Shown: in pieces, positions 1 through 13,729 of the stretch | Layout of the letters: each line of letters opens with the position of its first letter | Numbering within the stretch: the first letter of the stretch is position 1 | Assembly (NCBI RefSeq): GCF_006345805.1 | Contig: NC_043001.1 | Span: forward strand, 79,050,001 to 79,114,000 | Reading direction: 5' to 3' | Origin: Octopus sinensis | Lineage: Eukaryota | Length of the DNA stretch: 64,000 bases | Notes under the pieces: generated by a model | What the model was told of the DNA's origin: nothing | Database searches by the model: none | Seen by the model: only the letters and a program-made list of their open reading frames with translations | Position numbers and translations under genes: made by a program

Positions 1-128
1 CTGTTGCCAGAATACGACTTTCCACTCACTTGACCCAGGATAACACTATCTCCTCCAGACACTTGATGTAGGCCTCCGTGTTGAGCCTGGGGCCGTGTGG
101 GAGACATAACATCGCCAACACCAAGCAC
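1..128 (-). mobile_element. Tc1/mariner (maT/DD37D-like) transposase fragment, decayed
   Basis: Reverse strand reads PHGPRLNTEAYIKCLEEIVLSWVK*VE, with WQQ in a shifted frame. This matches the region before the second catalytic Asp of Tc1/maT transposases. Runs off the window edge. Confidence 0.65.
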
Positions 129-424
129 CCCCAAAATTTCGGGCGTTGTGCCTAGAGTAGAATAGAATATGATATATATATATATATATATACACATAGA
201 TAGATACATACAAACATACACACACATGCACACATACACACGTACACACACATATTGTGTTCAAAAGAAATCCGAATACTGATGCTCACTTCATGATGAC
301 ACTCAGCGTCGCTGCCAAAACTCATGATCTTGTACTGACCACTAAGTGCGTAATTTGTACTTTTAATCATAGAGGATCGGATTTAATCCTAGGTGTCCCA
401 ATATATCTCTTTCTAATGAATATC

Positions 425-600
425 CAGCAGCTGTTGTTGGTGCATATACCAGAATTTATAGAAATCTAATTATGATTTTTCACTGAGATTGTAGAGATTG
501 ACACGCCGTGGACATTATGTTCTTCAAGAGATCTACAGCAGCTTTATCAATGAATAAACAGGTTTTTTTTATTTTTGATGACACCCTCATCTTTGCTGAT
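425..600 (-). pseudogene. Possible decayed RTE-type LINE apurinic endonuclease fragment
   Basis: Reverse frame LFIDKAAVDLLKNIMS...*IL VYAPTTAA. The VYAPT motif and its spacing resemble RTE endonucleases. Several stops. Confidence 0.35.
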
Positions 601-848
601 AGAATTGGAGCTCGTACAGTTTTACGCAAAAGAATTTTGGCTCAATACCATGAAGAACTTCTGGTCAGAATCCAAATGAAGTTTGAATTATTAACAAAAT
701 TTAGACAAATGGAATATAAAATTTTATCGATAGCCTCGTAGAATAAACTACTGCACGTATGTTTTGAAAGAAGTTGTTTTACACAGGTAAATGCAAAAGT
801 CATTTTACGATAGGTGTAAGTGCATTAAGGTTAACTGGATAAATGAAC

Positions 849-1062
849 TACTAGGGGATGCTGAAGAGTTCCTCGCTTTAACAGTATCGCGAAAGGCCTG
901 GTTGGAATCTCAACCTTCTTTTACAGGTATTAGAAAAAATGAAGTGTCGCTGCAATAAGTGTGTGAATCTGAGAAGTGAATATGTTGCATTAAACCACAA
1001 TTAACTGATCCTCCTGTGTTTGCTTTTACCAAAAGCCAGGAATTTTTCAGCACGCACTCGTA
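849..1062 (+). mobile_element. Mariner-derived MITE (~210 bp)
   Basis: Imperfect TIRs ta-ctaggggatgctgaagagttcctcgcttt and aaaagccaggaatttttcagcacgcactcg-ta with TA at both ends. The interior resembles a mariner transposase C-terminus (GI.K...RC.KCV.L..EYV). Confidence 0.7.
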
Positions 1063-1895
1063 CAAACATTTATTTTTTACATGTATTTTCTCTGTTTATG
1101 ACAACGTCGTTTCAGGTTCATTTCCAGTGTGTGGAACATTTGGCAAAAGACATTTTGTTGACCAGGAACTTTTTGTACAGTGGATCTGTGTGGATGATCA
1201 TTGTATACGAGTTTGTTGTGTTCATATGTTTCCAAACCTGTAACCTAGTGATTTGCCAAATTTGATAGTACTGATTATTTGTAACTAGAATCGATCTTTT
1301 CGACAAAACCAGTCAAACCAGCATGGTGTCAGTCTAATGACTAAAATAATTAGAAGAATAAAGTTAAGAATTCTACACAAATCGCAATGTTGCTACGGAA
1401 ACCTTATCTATGCACACCTTGCACTCAAGAATTTTTCGAAATCGTATTAATATAATGTCCGAAACAAAAGCCATTGGAAATAATTCGTAACCGAAATAGA
1501 GGAAATATATTCACTTTAGTCTTTCAATTTATAACTGAAACTATATTAAAAATATTTGTTATTATTGCCATGAAATCAATTATACACTCGTATATTCATT
1601 TATTTAGGCATCCATCAATTTACTTGTAATCCATTTATTCATTAATGTAAATTTGTTACATAACGTTGTTACCTCTTTTTACCTATTGATTATTTGTGGT
1701 GTGGTTCCTGAACGTGCAATTTTATATCGGCATATCGTGAAGAGGCGCAAGCATATGTATCATACATATTCAAGCAATTATTTCAGTTTATAGATATGTA
1801 GTCATACTTTCATTCGTATAATGGTACCAGGCGTATGTCTCTAGCTATGCTGAAGCACTGACTTAATTTCTTTTTTCTTTTGAGTTTTTTTGTAG

Positions 1896-1946
1896 CTTCA
1901 TGGCGGAAAGTTGCTCCATGATCGAGTTTGTAGTAGCTAATCTCTG
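1896..1946 (+). other. Candidate 51-nt internal exon of an unidentified host gene
   Basis: Long T-rich tract plus tag acceptor, G|gtgagt donor, one open frame (FMAESCSMIEFVVANL). No homology recognised. Confidence 0.25.
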
Positions 1947-2106
1947 GTGAGTGCAACCTTGAAAAGTTGGCTGGTCCGATATCACTGACTGGTGTTTATG
2001 CCAATGATTTTCTTTTTATGATTCAATAAAGGTCCCGTTTATATGTCTGATTTCGTGAAGTAGGCATTCGAATAACAGAAGATCATTAAGTATTGGACTG
2101 GCGCAA

Positions 2107-2895
2107 TATGTGGGTGGGCTGAAAAGTTCATAGGCTGACTATGAAGGAGTGAGCATAGATCTGTTAAATTTTACATTATTCTTATTAATAGCTGCATTGT
2201 TTCAAATACCTGCAGAAAAACGGTTTAGCTCCCAACGACATTCATAGTGCCATAGTTTCCACCTTAATAGATGACGCTTCAGCTCTTTCAAATGTGCAAT
2301 AATAGGCAACAGAATTTAGGACGGGAGAAGTGAGTCTTGAAAATGACCCAAAATCTGGACGTCTAACTATAGCCACCGCAGAGGAAATTATTGACAGTGT
2401 TCAGCACATGGTAATGTATGACTAATTATAAAATCAAATAGCCGACGATAATAGCATATCCCATGAGAGAGCTGAGAATATTCTGTACAATGAACTTGGT
2501 ATGACAAAGGCTTCTGCACGGTGGCTGCCACATCTTCTAACATTTGAGAAAAAGCAGAACAGTCTGATCCTACCACGGGGAAATTTGGTATTGTTTCAGG
2601 TAGATCCAGCTGGTGTCTCAGAACGTTTCCTAAGCCAGGATGAGTGTTGCTTTCATCCCTAAAAACCAGACACAAAGACATGCGATGGGAGCATCCCTCC
2701 TCACCTGCTCCAATGAAGACCAAAGTCGTTTTATCTGCAAAGAAAGTTGTTGCATAAGTTTTCTGAGTTGCAAAAGTATTGCGTTTGTCGATTTTCTTCA
2801 AAAGTGCCGCAACATCAGTGCAGAGTATTATTCCAACTTTCTGAGGCAATTATGAAAGGGTACCAAGACCAAATGTTCAGGAAAACTGAAAAATC
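2107..2895 (+). mobile_element. Mariner transposase relic with 5' TIR
   Basis: TIR-like tgggtgggctgaaaagttcataggctgac. Translated pieces LENDPKSGR, ELGMTKASARWLPHLLT (WVPHEL-type motif), SQDE and FVDFLQKCRNISAEYYSNFLRQL. Stops and frameshifts. Confidence 0.85.
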
Positions 2896-4989
2896 CATCG
2901 CAAAATGTAATATAGAAAAGAGGTGTGAATACACAGCGAATGAAAAGTTAAGTCGATTTTTAATTTCGGTATAACTAAACACCATAACACATACACACAC
3001 GCGCGCGTGCAGACATACACATACACACACATACATATATACACACATACACACACACACATGTATACACGCATATCTAAATTTATATGCATGAAGAATA
3101 TGTTAGAAAATTGTCTCATTGCATTGGTCAGAGCAATTATACGACCATGTTCTCACATCTGAAATAAATATCTTATGGTGGAGCCCTGAGCAACAAACGC
3201 AATATTTGAAAGCTAAATATCAGATTTTAAAATGGTTCATCATCCTTCCCTCCTTCCCATGTAAGTGCTAGACGTCTCTGTATAAATAGAAAAAATTGTA
3301 ACAAAGTCGTGATAAGGCCTAACACATGGTACTTAAAATAATCTCATATAAAAATTAACGTATTCAAACGGTCTATGTGAAAATATAAGTCTGATCCACG
3401 TAGCAAAACTATTCAACACATGTGTGGTGCGTGAATTTGTGTGCGGTTCTTGAGGATGATCCCAAGATCCATATTTATAAATATACAGAACAGAAAATGG
3501 AAAAATAAATCTCAGCATTCATATAAATAAAAATGGGTGTCATTTTTAAAATCCAATACGCATAAAGGGTCCTACGAAGTACTTCCTGAGTTCATTTAAT
3601 ACAAATTCAATGTCGATGGCATTTGAAATAAAAAGATGGCGTTTGTATGTTTTCAGTGTGTGTATATATGTAGTTATGTATATACGAATGTATGTATGTG
3701 CGTATGGATGCATCTATGTGCACATATATGTAAATGTATGTTTGTACCAAATTATACATAAACACGCATATACGGACACAAGAATATGTGTATGAATATA
3801 TGTAGAATATATATGGCATACACGTTTGAAAAATCTTTTCAGTGTTCCAAATGTTAAGTTAAGCTAAATATGTAAGTTGATGCCGTTGAGTATTTTAAGA
3901 GTCGCACTATAATATTCAACTTACCGATTGGAAGCAGAAAAATAGCCAAGGATTTCTGAGCAATATGCAGTTACGACCCTATTAAAACACGCCCTCGAAT
4001 CCCCTCCACAATTCATAATTGCACCTCAGACATTTTGAGTGCGTCATCACAACACTTTCGTTTTGTCTGTTGGGAAGAATACATTTCTCCGAACTCTTCA
4101 ATATACCCTTTACAAATACATTTCTATTTGTAATAGGGTATCTTTGTCAAAATATTATCGGCTGATGAAACAACATATGTAAGATATTACAATCATTTTA
4201 CATTACTTTGTTTTCATCTCATTAATTCACCTTAAATATGTTGCCTAGATTCTCACCTGTATAATTCAATGTTTTTTATCATTTACACATTCCAGTACTT
4301 CAAGCAAATTACAATGCAATTCTCTCTCTCTCTCTCTCTCTGTCTCTGCCTGTGTGCCTGTATCTCTATATACATAAATGTCTAAGGGTGTGTCCGAAGG
4401 AAGAGAGTCTCACTGTAGCTCCTTATCCACTGAGATTGATGCCATTATTATTCATGTTAAGCAATGTTTTAAATCCAGCACTGTGAGAAAGGCATGATCA
4501 AGTAGGAAATTCCAGGTGACCGATGTAGTGGGAGAGTAAATTATTAACGAATGACCTTAGGCCTGCACATAACAACGGGGATAAGAGGAAGCAGTAGCCT
4601 TATTAGAAATGGCACAAATACAGTTATAACTATTGAGCAGCGCCACGTACGCTTCGACAGAATGGGGGAACAGATCTTCAACAAAATGTTTAGGGTGTTC
4701 CAAATATCCATTACAAATAAGTTAATAGGTATATATATATACATATGTATCAATGTGAGTGTACATATATATGCGTGTGTGTATGTGAATGTATATATAT
4801 ATATATATATATATATAATTTCAACAATGAGGGTAAAATTAATAATTAATCAATTTCACCAAGTATTCAGTATGCAAAGGGACCATTTAAGGCGAATTCA
4901 AATTATTACATTATATAAATTATTACATTATATAATGTAATAATTCAAATTATTACATTATATAAATTATTACCTTATACAATGTAATA

Positions 4990-5027
<38 letters not shown>

Positions 5028-5046
5028 ATATATATATATATATATA

Positions 5047-5077
<31 letters not shown>

Positions 5078-5082
5078 GAGAG

Positions 5083-5129
<47 letters not shown>

Positions 5130-5698
5130 CAGATAGATACGAATATATATATGTTTGTATGTATGTATACGGTAAATGCTTGTGTATATAGTGTTCAGAC
5201 GCACCTTTGTCATACGCAATACGATTACACATACCACATACCAACAAACCACACCTCCGGTAACCTCTCGTCACTAAATATTCGCAATAGCAGAGCTCTA
5301 CCGCATACACACGCCCCACCCAAAACTCCTAAACACACCTACCTCTTTACCCTAATCTTAATACGCAGGTACATTTCTATAAGCGTACACTCTTAAATAA
5401 ACTTTGCCATTCTTAATTCCCTCATAGAATCACTTTTCAACGTGGACCCTGACCCACTAGACAAATATATTACTTTTTACTTTCTTCCAGTCTCTTTTTC
5501 GATTTCAAAATTCTCCTTTAATTTCTGACGAATAACTGGTATACGAAAAGCCAACACTCTTGCCAACCATATGAAGTGTTAAACTTATACGTAGAACATT
5601 CTTTAAATATTGTCCGTCTAGTGTTGTCTTTATTATTTTGTGTTCATTGTTTTCATGCTATACCTACCTACCTACCTACACAAAGTATGTATGAATAT

Positions 5699-5731
<33 letters not shown>

Positions 5732-6049
5732 GTAAGAAACATCCACATAATTCACAAACATATAAGAATGTATGAGTACACATATGTATGTATACATACA
5801 TACATACATACATACATACATACTCACATACTTACATACATATATATATATATATATAAGTAAGCATATGCATGCGTACTTGTATATATTAATGTGTATC
5901 ATTTTTATGCATTGCATTTTGCAATGTCTTAAAAGTTCTATCAGCGTTCTTCTTCTTCTTCTTCTTCTTCTTCTTATTCTTTCTTCTCTTCTTCTTCTTA
6001 TTATATTATTATTATTATTATTATTATTATATTATTAGTAATTATTTTA

Positions 6050-6086
<37 letters not shown>

Positions 6087-6789
6087 TATTATTATTATTA
6101 TTTTCGTTATTATTAATAGTAGTATTATCATTAATATAATAACCATCATCATCATCATCATCGCCGTCGTTGTAGACCTTTTCCCCTTCCACCTCTCCAT
6201 CTTCCGCTTCCTACTCCCCCTTCTCCTCATCGTCATCCTCATTCAACTTTATTATGATCATTATGATCATCATCCTCGTCTTTACCAACAATATTTTCAT
6301 ATTTTTCCATCAATATCAGTTTTGTTTATTACGTCTATCTGCTGAATGTCTGAGCCTGGACTAACCACTATTACATTATGATAGAACAACAGGAAAACCA
6401 GTTTGAATTGCTGCCAAACAACTGATCCGATCCATACATGATTCCATGCCAATGTCAATATTTGTTTCGCTGTCTAATGTGTCTGCAACACCCATCTTCT
6501 ATCTTACCACCCCCACCAACCCCACTGCTCCTCTAATTCTCCCTCACATTTTAATATATTTCTCATATTCTACTCATCTCGTACGGCTACCCCTTCACTC
6601 TCTTCCGTTTTATATTTCACTCCCTGATGGTTGGCATCAACAGTTGAGAATCGCCGTTCGATATTTGATTTTAGACAATCTCTTTCAACGCTATGGTGCT
6701 AAGCGCAGGCGCAGGTAGTTAATATTCTATAACATGCGATTGTATAAGCACTACTATACATACATACATGCATTCATACATACATACAT

Positions 6790-6842
<53 letters not shown>

Positions 6843-8011
6843 CATATATATATACGAATATACATATACATATGTGCCTACATACATGTGTATATATATG
6901 TACATGTATATGAATATACATATGCATATTACATACATACACATATATGCATATATATGCACACTTCCATAAAAAATACATGTACATATAAATATGCTTT
7001 TATATACATATATTTATATATATATATGCGTATGCATATTTACGCACTTACACACAGTTATACGCCCAGTGTGTGTGTATATTAATCTATGTACGTATGT
7101 GTATATGTGTTTACATTACAATCACATATTTCAAGAATATTGCAAGTCTATGCAGTATTTATGTGTGTATCTGTGTGTGTGTCTGTGTGACACTATATAT
7201 GTGCGTATAGAATTGCACATGTACAAACTGCATTCATAGTCGTATGAATACATACACTCATATTCATATATATATATACACACACAAACACCCAAATATA
7301 TTTATACGCACATATACACACATACAAACACACACACATATCTATATATATCTACGTATGTATATATCTATACACACGTATATATTGTTATAATATTGAC
7401 TGTGTGCATTTTAGCTTCTACATAAAGTGTATCGAAATAACATTGATGTTTGCATTAGGTCGAATCACCAACAGAATATATATACTTATCCAACCGCAGA
7501 CATAGTGCTTACTCATCGTAAAATGTCAATTCTATATATTTTGGTATGTGCTTAACTAAATATATATTTATTCGTGTGCCAGTGAATGCATCTGTATATA
7601 TACCAATGTATCTTACGGTATTTGTTTGTATCAGTATATGGTTTGAGTAAATATGCATGAGTTTCTTTGTTGTGTTACTTTCAATGGTCGTTTACCCCAG
7701 GTAAGCACTGATTAAGCAAACGAATTTCAAAATGACAACCCTTTCCTGTATTTCAGTGAGATATAGAATAATCAGTATCTTCATTGATAGTATAATACAC
7801 TATCTTAATTGACTTTTGAAGAAAATAGTGTTTAATAACAAAGACGCTCAGCTGGTTTGTCTCTAGCATTTCCTTTGACCAGATAAAAGGTATTTCTTAA
7901 GTTTTGTAATTTGTCGGTTTCGAGAAATTTTATTTTGAGCATAGAAAATTGTCTTTGTTCATTTTGTCTTTTAAGATTTTGTGTTTGTATAATTTACAAA
8001 GATCACTTTGC

Positions 8012-8365
8012 AACCACATGGATTGGGGTTCAGTTCCACTACTTTATACCTTGGATATGTGTCTTCTACTATAGCCCCGGACGAACATACGGCTGGTAGG
8101 TGAACTTGACCGAGGGAAGCCCGCCATACATACACATATATTATATATATATAATATATATATATATATATACGTAGACATACACCCGCACACACACACA
8201 TATAGAAACATATAGGCATGGCTGTGTGGTACAGGTGTCTGCTTCCAACCAATGGATCCGGGTTCAGTCCCACAGCGTCGCACCTTGGCCAAATACCTAC
8301 TAGAGCTTCGTGCCAATCAGTCTCGTGAGTGAATTTGGTAAAAGTGAACTGAAATAAGCCAGTTA
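8012..8365 (+). mobile_element. Two tandem fragments of tRNA-derived SINE family B (CORE-like central domain)
   Basis: ggctgtgtggta...ccgggttcagtccca...caccttgg.caa...ctactatag motif twice, separated by a TA/CA tract. Confidence 0.65.
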
Positions 8366-8436
8366 TATATATTTATGCAAGGCGAGGATGAGTTAACAGC
8401 AATTGTTAGCTCAAAGCTGCTAGATAAATATAAAAT

Positions 8437-9416
8437 ATGGTGCTTACAATCTGGCATGTATCCACACTTTTCGTGGCCAATATGTTCATTAGAATGTGGC
8501 TAGGCCTACCTCGGATATTGAACAGTTCAGCTCTCTATTGGAAAAGAGGTTCGTTGCAGTTACTTCTGGCGTCAATAGCTGAAATATATAACCTAGTGAA
8601 AGTACGAACGGTGGTAATGCTGAAAGAGTCGAAGGATATAGAAATCAGGCGTAATCCACCAGATGTAAAAACAGCCAAGCAGAGACTGATGACATCTTGT
8701 CTTCCCTTAAACACTGAGATATGGTGAATGCAACGCAAATTCATCGGAAGGGACTTGGATATGGCGCAGATTGTTTCAGATCGTTTGCAAGAATGATGCA
8801 AAGCAACCGCAGATCTTTTGTTACAAAATGCGTCAAAGCGTGGGAAACAGAAACAAGAGTGCTTCATTTGATCTAACGCGCTCAAGAAGGACAGATGAAG
8901 AAATGTGAGGAACACGCTGTTGAAAGAAAAATAAGCTGGAATGAGATATGGAGGTGGACTACATCATGGCTAAGTTTTCTGATTCGTTGATCCTACAATG
9001 ACTTGCCATCGCCTACAAATCGTGCAGAAAATTATAGATGCAGATGAGGAAAAGTCGGGACATTGAAATATATTCTTTCCAGCTGTTCACTGGCATTGAA
9101 TAGGTATACATGGAGACACATTCTAATTTTTAAGGTTATCTTCAATGCTATAAAGAACCATATTGCTCTCATCAAAAGTGGCAAAAAAAAAATTGAAGGC
9201 ACCAACCAGAAATTTCATAAACTTCGTGCACTCAGGACAGCAGAACCTTTTCAAGAAGAAACTCCTTGGGAGCGATGAAAAGTGAAATGGCTACTGGGAA
9301 ATGGCTGCAGATTTACCAGGGTGTCAAGTACTTTTCCCTTCCCAATTACGAAGAAACTGGATATGACAATATGGTGTGAAAGAAAGTGATAAATCTAGTC
9401 GAGTTAACAGTTCCGA
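8437..9416 (+). pseudogene. Hero-like (R2 superfamily, RLE-type) non-LTR retrotransposon 3' part, decayed
   Basis: IRMWLGLPRILNSSALYW...LQL; GTLKYILSSCSLALNRYTWRH (zinc-knuckle region); NLVELTVP (restriction-like endonuclease motif). Stops and frameshifts. Confidence 0.8.
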
Positions 9417-9861
9417 TCACACGAGTGCTGAGGCCTGCTAAATGATTTTATATTTAGATATAACTGGGGTACTTATGCGTACACATGACACTTGCTTCTG
9501 CTTTTTTCCATGTTTGCTTGTAAGTATTTCATTTATTTCTTATCGTATTCTATACTGAAGAGAGAAAAATCCGTGAAATATATTCCGAAATTGATTCAAT
9601 AAAGAGATAACGAATTAAAAAAAATTTCTGTTAGCTTGCCTTCCTCGATTTCAGCACAACGTGTATTCATGGTGAATGTATATTGTATGTGGTGATTGAC
9701 GATTTAAAGTCTATTGGTAGCATATTGGCATAGAAATCATTTTTCTCTTGGCCTTGTTTATAATTGTTTATAATTTTCACCTTCAAAGGTATTTTAATAT
9801 GCTGGCCACTTACATGGAATTTTTTTGGAAAAGATTTCATCCTATATTGGAAGTATATATG

Positions 9862-9912
<51 letters not shown>

Positions 9913-9949
9913 CATGTATGTTTGTATTATGTATGTATATACAAGATTC

Positions 9950-10062
9950 ATTTAGTTGCCCCGATGCTATAGTAGAAGCCCCTTGGTCAAAGTGCAACTC
10001 AGTGGAACTGAACCCGGAACAGGGTGGATGGGAATCAATCTTCTTGTCACTCAGCCACACTG
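9950..10062 (-). mobile_element. SINE family B fragment
   Basis: Reverse complement of the head and core (gctatagtagaag...gaactgaacccgga...cagccaca). Confidence 0.6.
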
Positions 10063-10828
10063 ATACCGGAGTTTGTGTATATATATTATATATATATATT
10101 GCCTTGTCTTCATAGCCAGTGGGTGACGAGTGTTAAACACAAGAACAACGCGAAGAGCATTGTGGACAGAAGTGTATAATACCATCTTATTTTCTGGTCG
10201 TCATCGTGATGCCGTGATACATTTTATGTGTGTGTTTGTGTATAAGCGTGCATATATGTGTGTAAAATATCCTAGTTGGTATCATGTCTACGCATGAATA
10301 AACGATTATGTTCAGTTGAACGAATAACTGAAATAATCATCGTCGAAACCGGTGGATATCCATTTACTCCTCATTTTGAAATGATTGACTATATATAAGC
10401 GTCTGTGTAAATATTTGTATGCTCCTCTACGTAGGTGTGAGACGGGCTGGGAGGGTAAGGATTATGTGATTGCGTGCAAGACAAAGATTGCTTCTGCTGA
10501 CATATGCATATCAATACATTTATGGCTTCGATTATGCCTATCTATAAACATAGACCACTCACTCACACACACAGGTACACACACACACACTTAGAAATAT
10601 TCATACAAAGGAGACACCCATAAGCACATACTTACACAGAGACAAGAGTACTCTCCGCCTGTCTCAATTTCCTTTTACCTCTCTTTTTGATTCTCCTGTT
10701 TTACATATATCTGTGTGTGTGTTTGTACGTATGTGCGTGTGTGAGCGTGTGTGTATTTTATTTGTGTTTATGTATATATATGCATATGTATGTATACATG
10801 TATGTATGTATATATATATATCTAAATG

Positions 10829-10883
<55 letters not shown>

Positions 10884-11889
10884 CATGTATACATACATGC
10901 ATACATTTGTGTTTATGTATATATATGCATATGTATGTATATATGTAGTATGTGTATATATATATATATAATATATATATATATATACATATATAAATAC
11001 ATATATATATATACATACATGCATACATACAGGCATACATATGCATATATGTGCATACACACACCGAAGCACACACACGTATTTATCTCACTCTCGTTAC
11101 ATATATATGTATCTATCTATCTCTCTCTCTCTATATATATATACACCCACACACAATATAGGAACAATATACCACATTGCAAAAATATTGCGTGTATGTA
11201 AATATATATATATGTGTGTCTGTGTGTATGTGTATATATATATATATATATATATGCACGTGCAAACATATATATATATATATATATGCACGTGTAAACA
11301 TATTTACAATAACTGTAGATATATATGCGTGTGAGTATATGCTTGTGTGTGTGTGTGTGTGTATGTGCATATGTCAACACATGCATATACGCTAATATCG
11401 AATAGTGAGAATGAGTGCTCAACACCGCATTGCGTGCTTAAATTCACACACTCATACACACTTACACATACACACACGCACAAACACACATCCAAGCAAA
11501 CACACACACACACGCACACACACACATACTTCCATTGTTGTGCCGCTGACCTTTTCCTGTGACTGACTTTTTGGCACATTGTTCCTAACATTGGAACGTC
11601 TAGCTTTGTGTAAATGCGCTTTTCTCAAAACTTACATTATCCTAAATTCCCAAGTTATTCCCATAAGGCCGTACACAATTTTGTATATATAGCTTTTTCC
11701 TGTTAAAAGCGTGATATATTATATGAGCTAATGACGATGTAGGGTGAGATACAGGCAATTTTTACTGGTAAGGATGTATATATTGGTAAAGGATCATTTT
11801 GTCGTTGCTGCTGTTGTTGTTGCTATTTTAGCTGCTTTCGTAGTTTATTCATGCAGAGGTATATTATTTTGGAGTTTTCAATATAAGTT

Positions 11890-12088
11890 TGGCACAACGC
11901 CTTCAATTGTGGTGGTTGGGGAGTCGATAACATTGACTCCAGTTTTTGACTGGTATATATGTTATCGACACTGAGTGATGAAAGACAAAGTCCACCTCAA
12001 CGGAATTTGAATTTACACCACAAAAGTGCACGAAGTGTCGCTGTGCATTTCGCCTGGTGTGCTAACGATTCTGCCAGCTTGCTACCTT
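11890..12088 (-). mobile_element. tRNA-derived SINE family A, old copy
   Basis: Reverse strand shows A-box TGGCAGAATCG, B-box-like ttcaaattcc and the gtcgat core. Confidence 0.7.
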
Positions 12089-12184
12089 CGGAATATTCAA
12101 TATTGACAAACTGGTTCATCCACGATGTAACATTTGGAGTGAGTAAAAGTGACCTGCAACGGATATAGCACTCAAAGTAAAGTT

Positions 12185-12412
12185 AATTCCTCGAGTCATA
12201 CCAACCAACAAGGGCCGGTTTTCCGGTTTCCTCGACATATATATTCCCCACTTGGACGGGTTACTCATCTTTGTCAGCTGATTGGGCGGGAGCAACGTGA
12301 AATAAAATGTTTTGCTCAAGAACACAACGTGTTGTTCGGTTCAAGAATCGAAACCACAATCTTACGATCATGAGTCCAACACCTTAGCCACTAAGACATG
12401 CAACTCCACTAC
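12185..12412 (-). mobile_element. tRNA-derived SINE family C
   Basis: Reverse strand gcatgtcttagtggctaaggtgttggactcatgatcgtaagattgtggtttcgattc is a tRNA-like head with A and B boxes, followed by gtgttcttgagcaaaaca. Confidence 0.7.
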
Positions 12413-12784
12413 TAGTGCTCATATGGAGTTGGGTAAACTGGAGAAAAGCAAAATGTAGAACCTCATCCATGGACACCACGCACCATGTCCAGGAATAAAA
12501 GCTACAACCTTGGTGCAGGGAGCTAAGCATTCTAGTTACGAGAGTACATGTTTTCACCGTGCTAAGTGTTGGCAGCTCTTTCTATGTGCAAGTCTCTGTA
12601 CATAAAATACAAGACTTCATACACATACATATCTAATCTTTTACTTGTTTTAGTAATTGCACTGCCGCGTCTCCAAGTGTATTACGCGAACGAATCAAAT
12701 CAATTGCATATTTTTTTTTCCCGAATTCCGAATTTATTCTATCATTTCTTTTGCCAAGTTGGTAAGTTACATAGATGTAAATAA

Positions 12785-12850
12785 ACCAACACTGGTCGTC
12801 AAGCTGTCGTAGCGGACAAACAGAAACACGACACACTTAAACACACATAG

Positions 12851-12893
<43 letters not shown>

Positions 12894-13114
12894 TAAACAG
12901 AGATACACACACACAGCAAATACACACACACACATATACACATAAACACGCACACGACGGGCTTTTTCAGTTTCCATCTGTCAAATCCACTCAACGCTTT
13001 GGTTGTGCCGTGGTTTACAGAGAAGACACAAGAAAAAGTGCCACGCAAGGAGATTGAATTCGGACCTACATGGATAGGAAGTAAACTTCTTCCCACACAG
13101 CCAAGCCTTACCTG
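12785..13114 (-). mobile_element. SINE family B with internal TA/CA expansion
   Basis: Reverse strand ggctgtgtgggaagaag... head and gagtggatttgacagatggaaactgaaaaagcccgtcg body. Confidence 0.7.
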
Positions 13115-13141
13115 TCTGTCTGTTCATCTATCTATCTATCA

Positions 13142-13201
<60 letters not shown>

Positions 13202-13247
13202 GTATTTCAGTTTGACTCACTATATGTATACACACACACACAATCAC

Positions 13248-13279
<32 letters not shown>

Positions 13280-13283
<4 letters not shown>

Positions 13284-13729
13284 AAAATGTGAAAATGGAG
13301 ATAAAACTGATGATTAATAATGAAGTATCATTTATTGATTATAAAAAGGAAAATATCTTATCTTATAGCGGTTTATAGTATTATCAGGCTTAATTATTAC
13401 AATATAACAATTATCATTGTAAATAATAATTTATACCAACTTAAATAGTGGAAATTCATCAGATGCGGAAAAGTAAACAAAAAGAAAAGAAAAAGAAAAA
13501 GAAAAAAGAAAGTAAGGCTATACCAATTTATGTTACATTCTAAAACTCTGGAAACCATGATGGTCGAAATATTATTATATAATAATAATTATTATTGTAC
13601 TAATTATGTCTTATAATACAATAAATAGCGCCAACAGAAACAGCTGTCAGATGAGATGTCTTTTTTATAATCAATAAATGATAATTAATATTTATTTATC
13701 AATTTTATTTCCATTTTTATTTTTTCCTT
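13280..13729. repeat. Long imperfect inverted repeat (~150 bp arms), probably two opposed PLE termini
   Basis: tatcatttattgattataaaaag (about 13326) versus ttttttataatcaataaatgata (about 13661-13683). Similarity extends outward to aaggaaaa/ttttcctt and inward. The right arm contains GAAACAGCTGTCAGATG. Confidence 0.7.

Noticed and set aside
4430-4700. Gypsy RT-like words SPIL..WR and VLDLK on the - strand
   Set aside because: The spacing is about 59 aa against the expected ~39, the words lie in different frames, and no other motifs support them.
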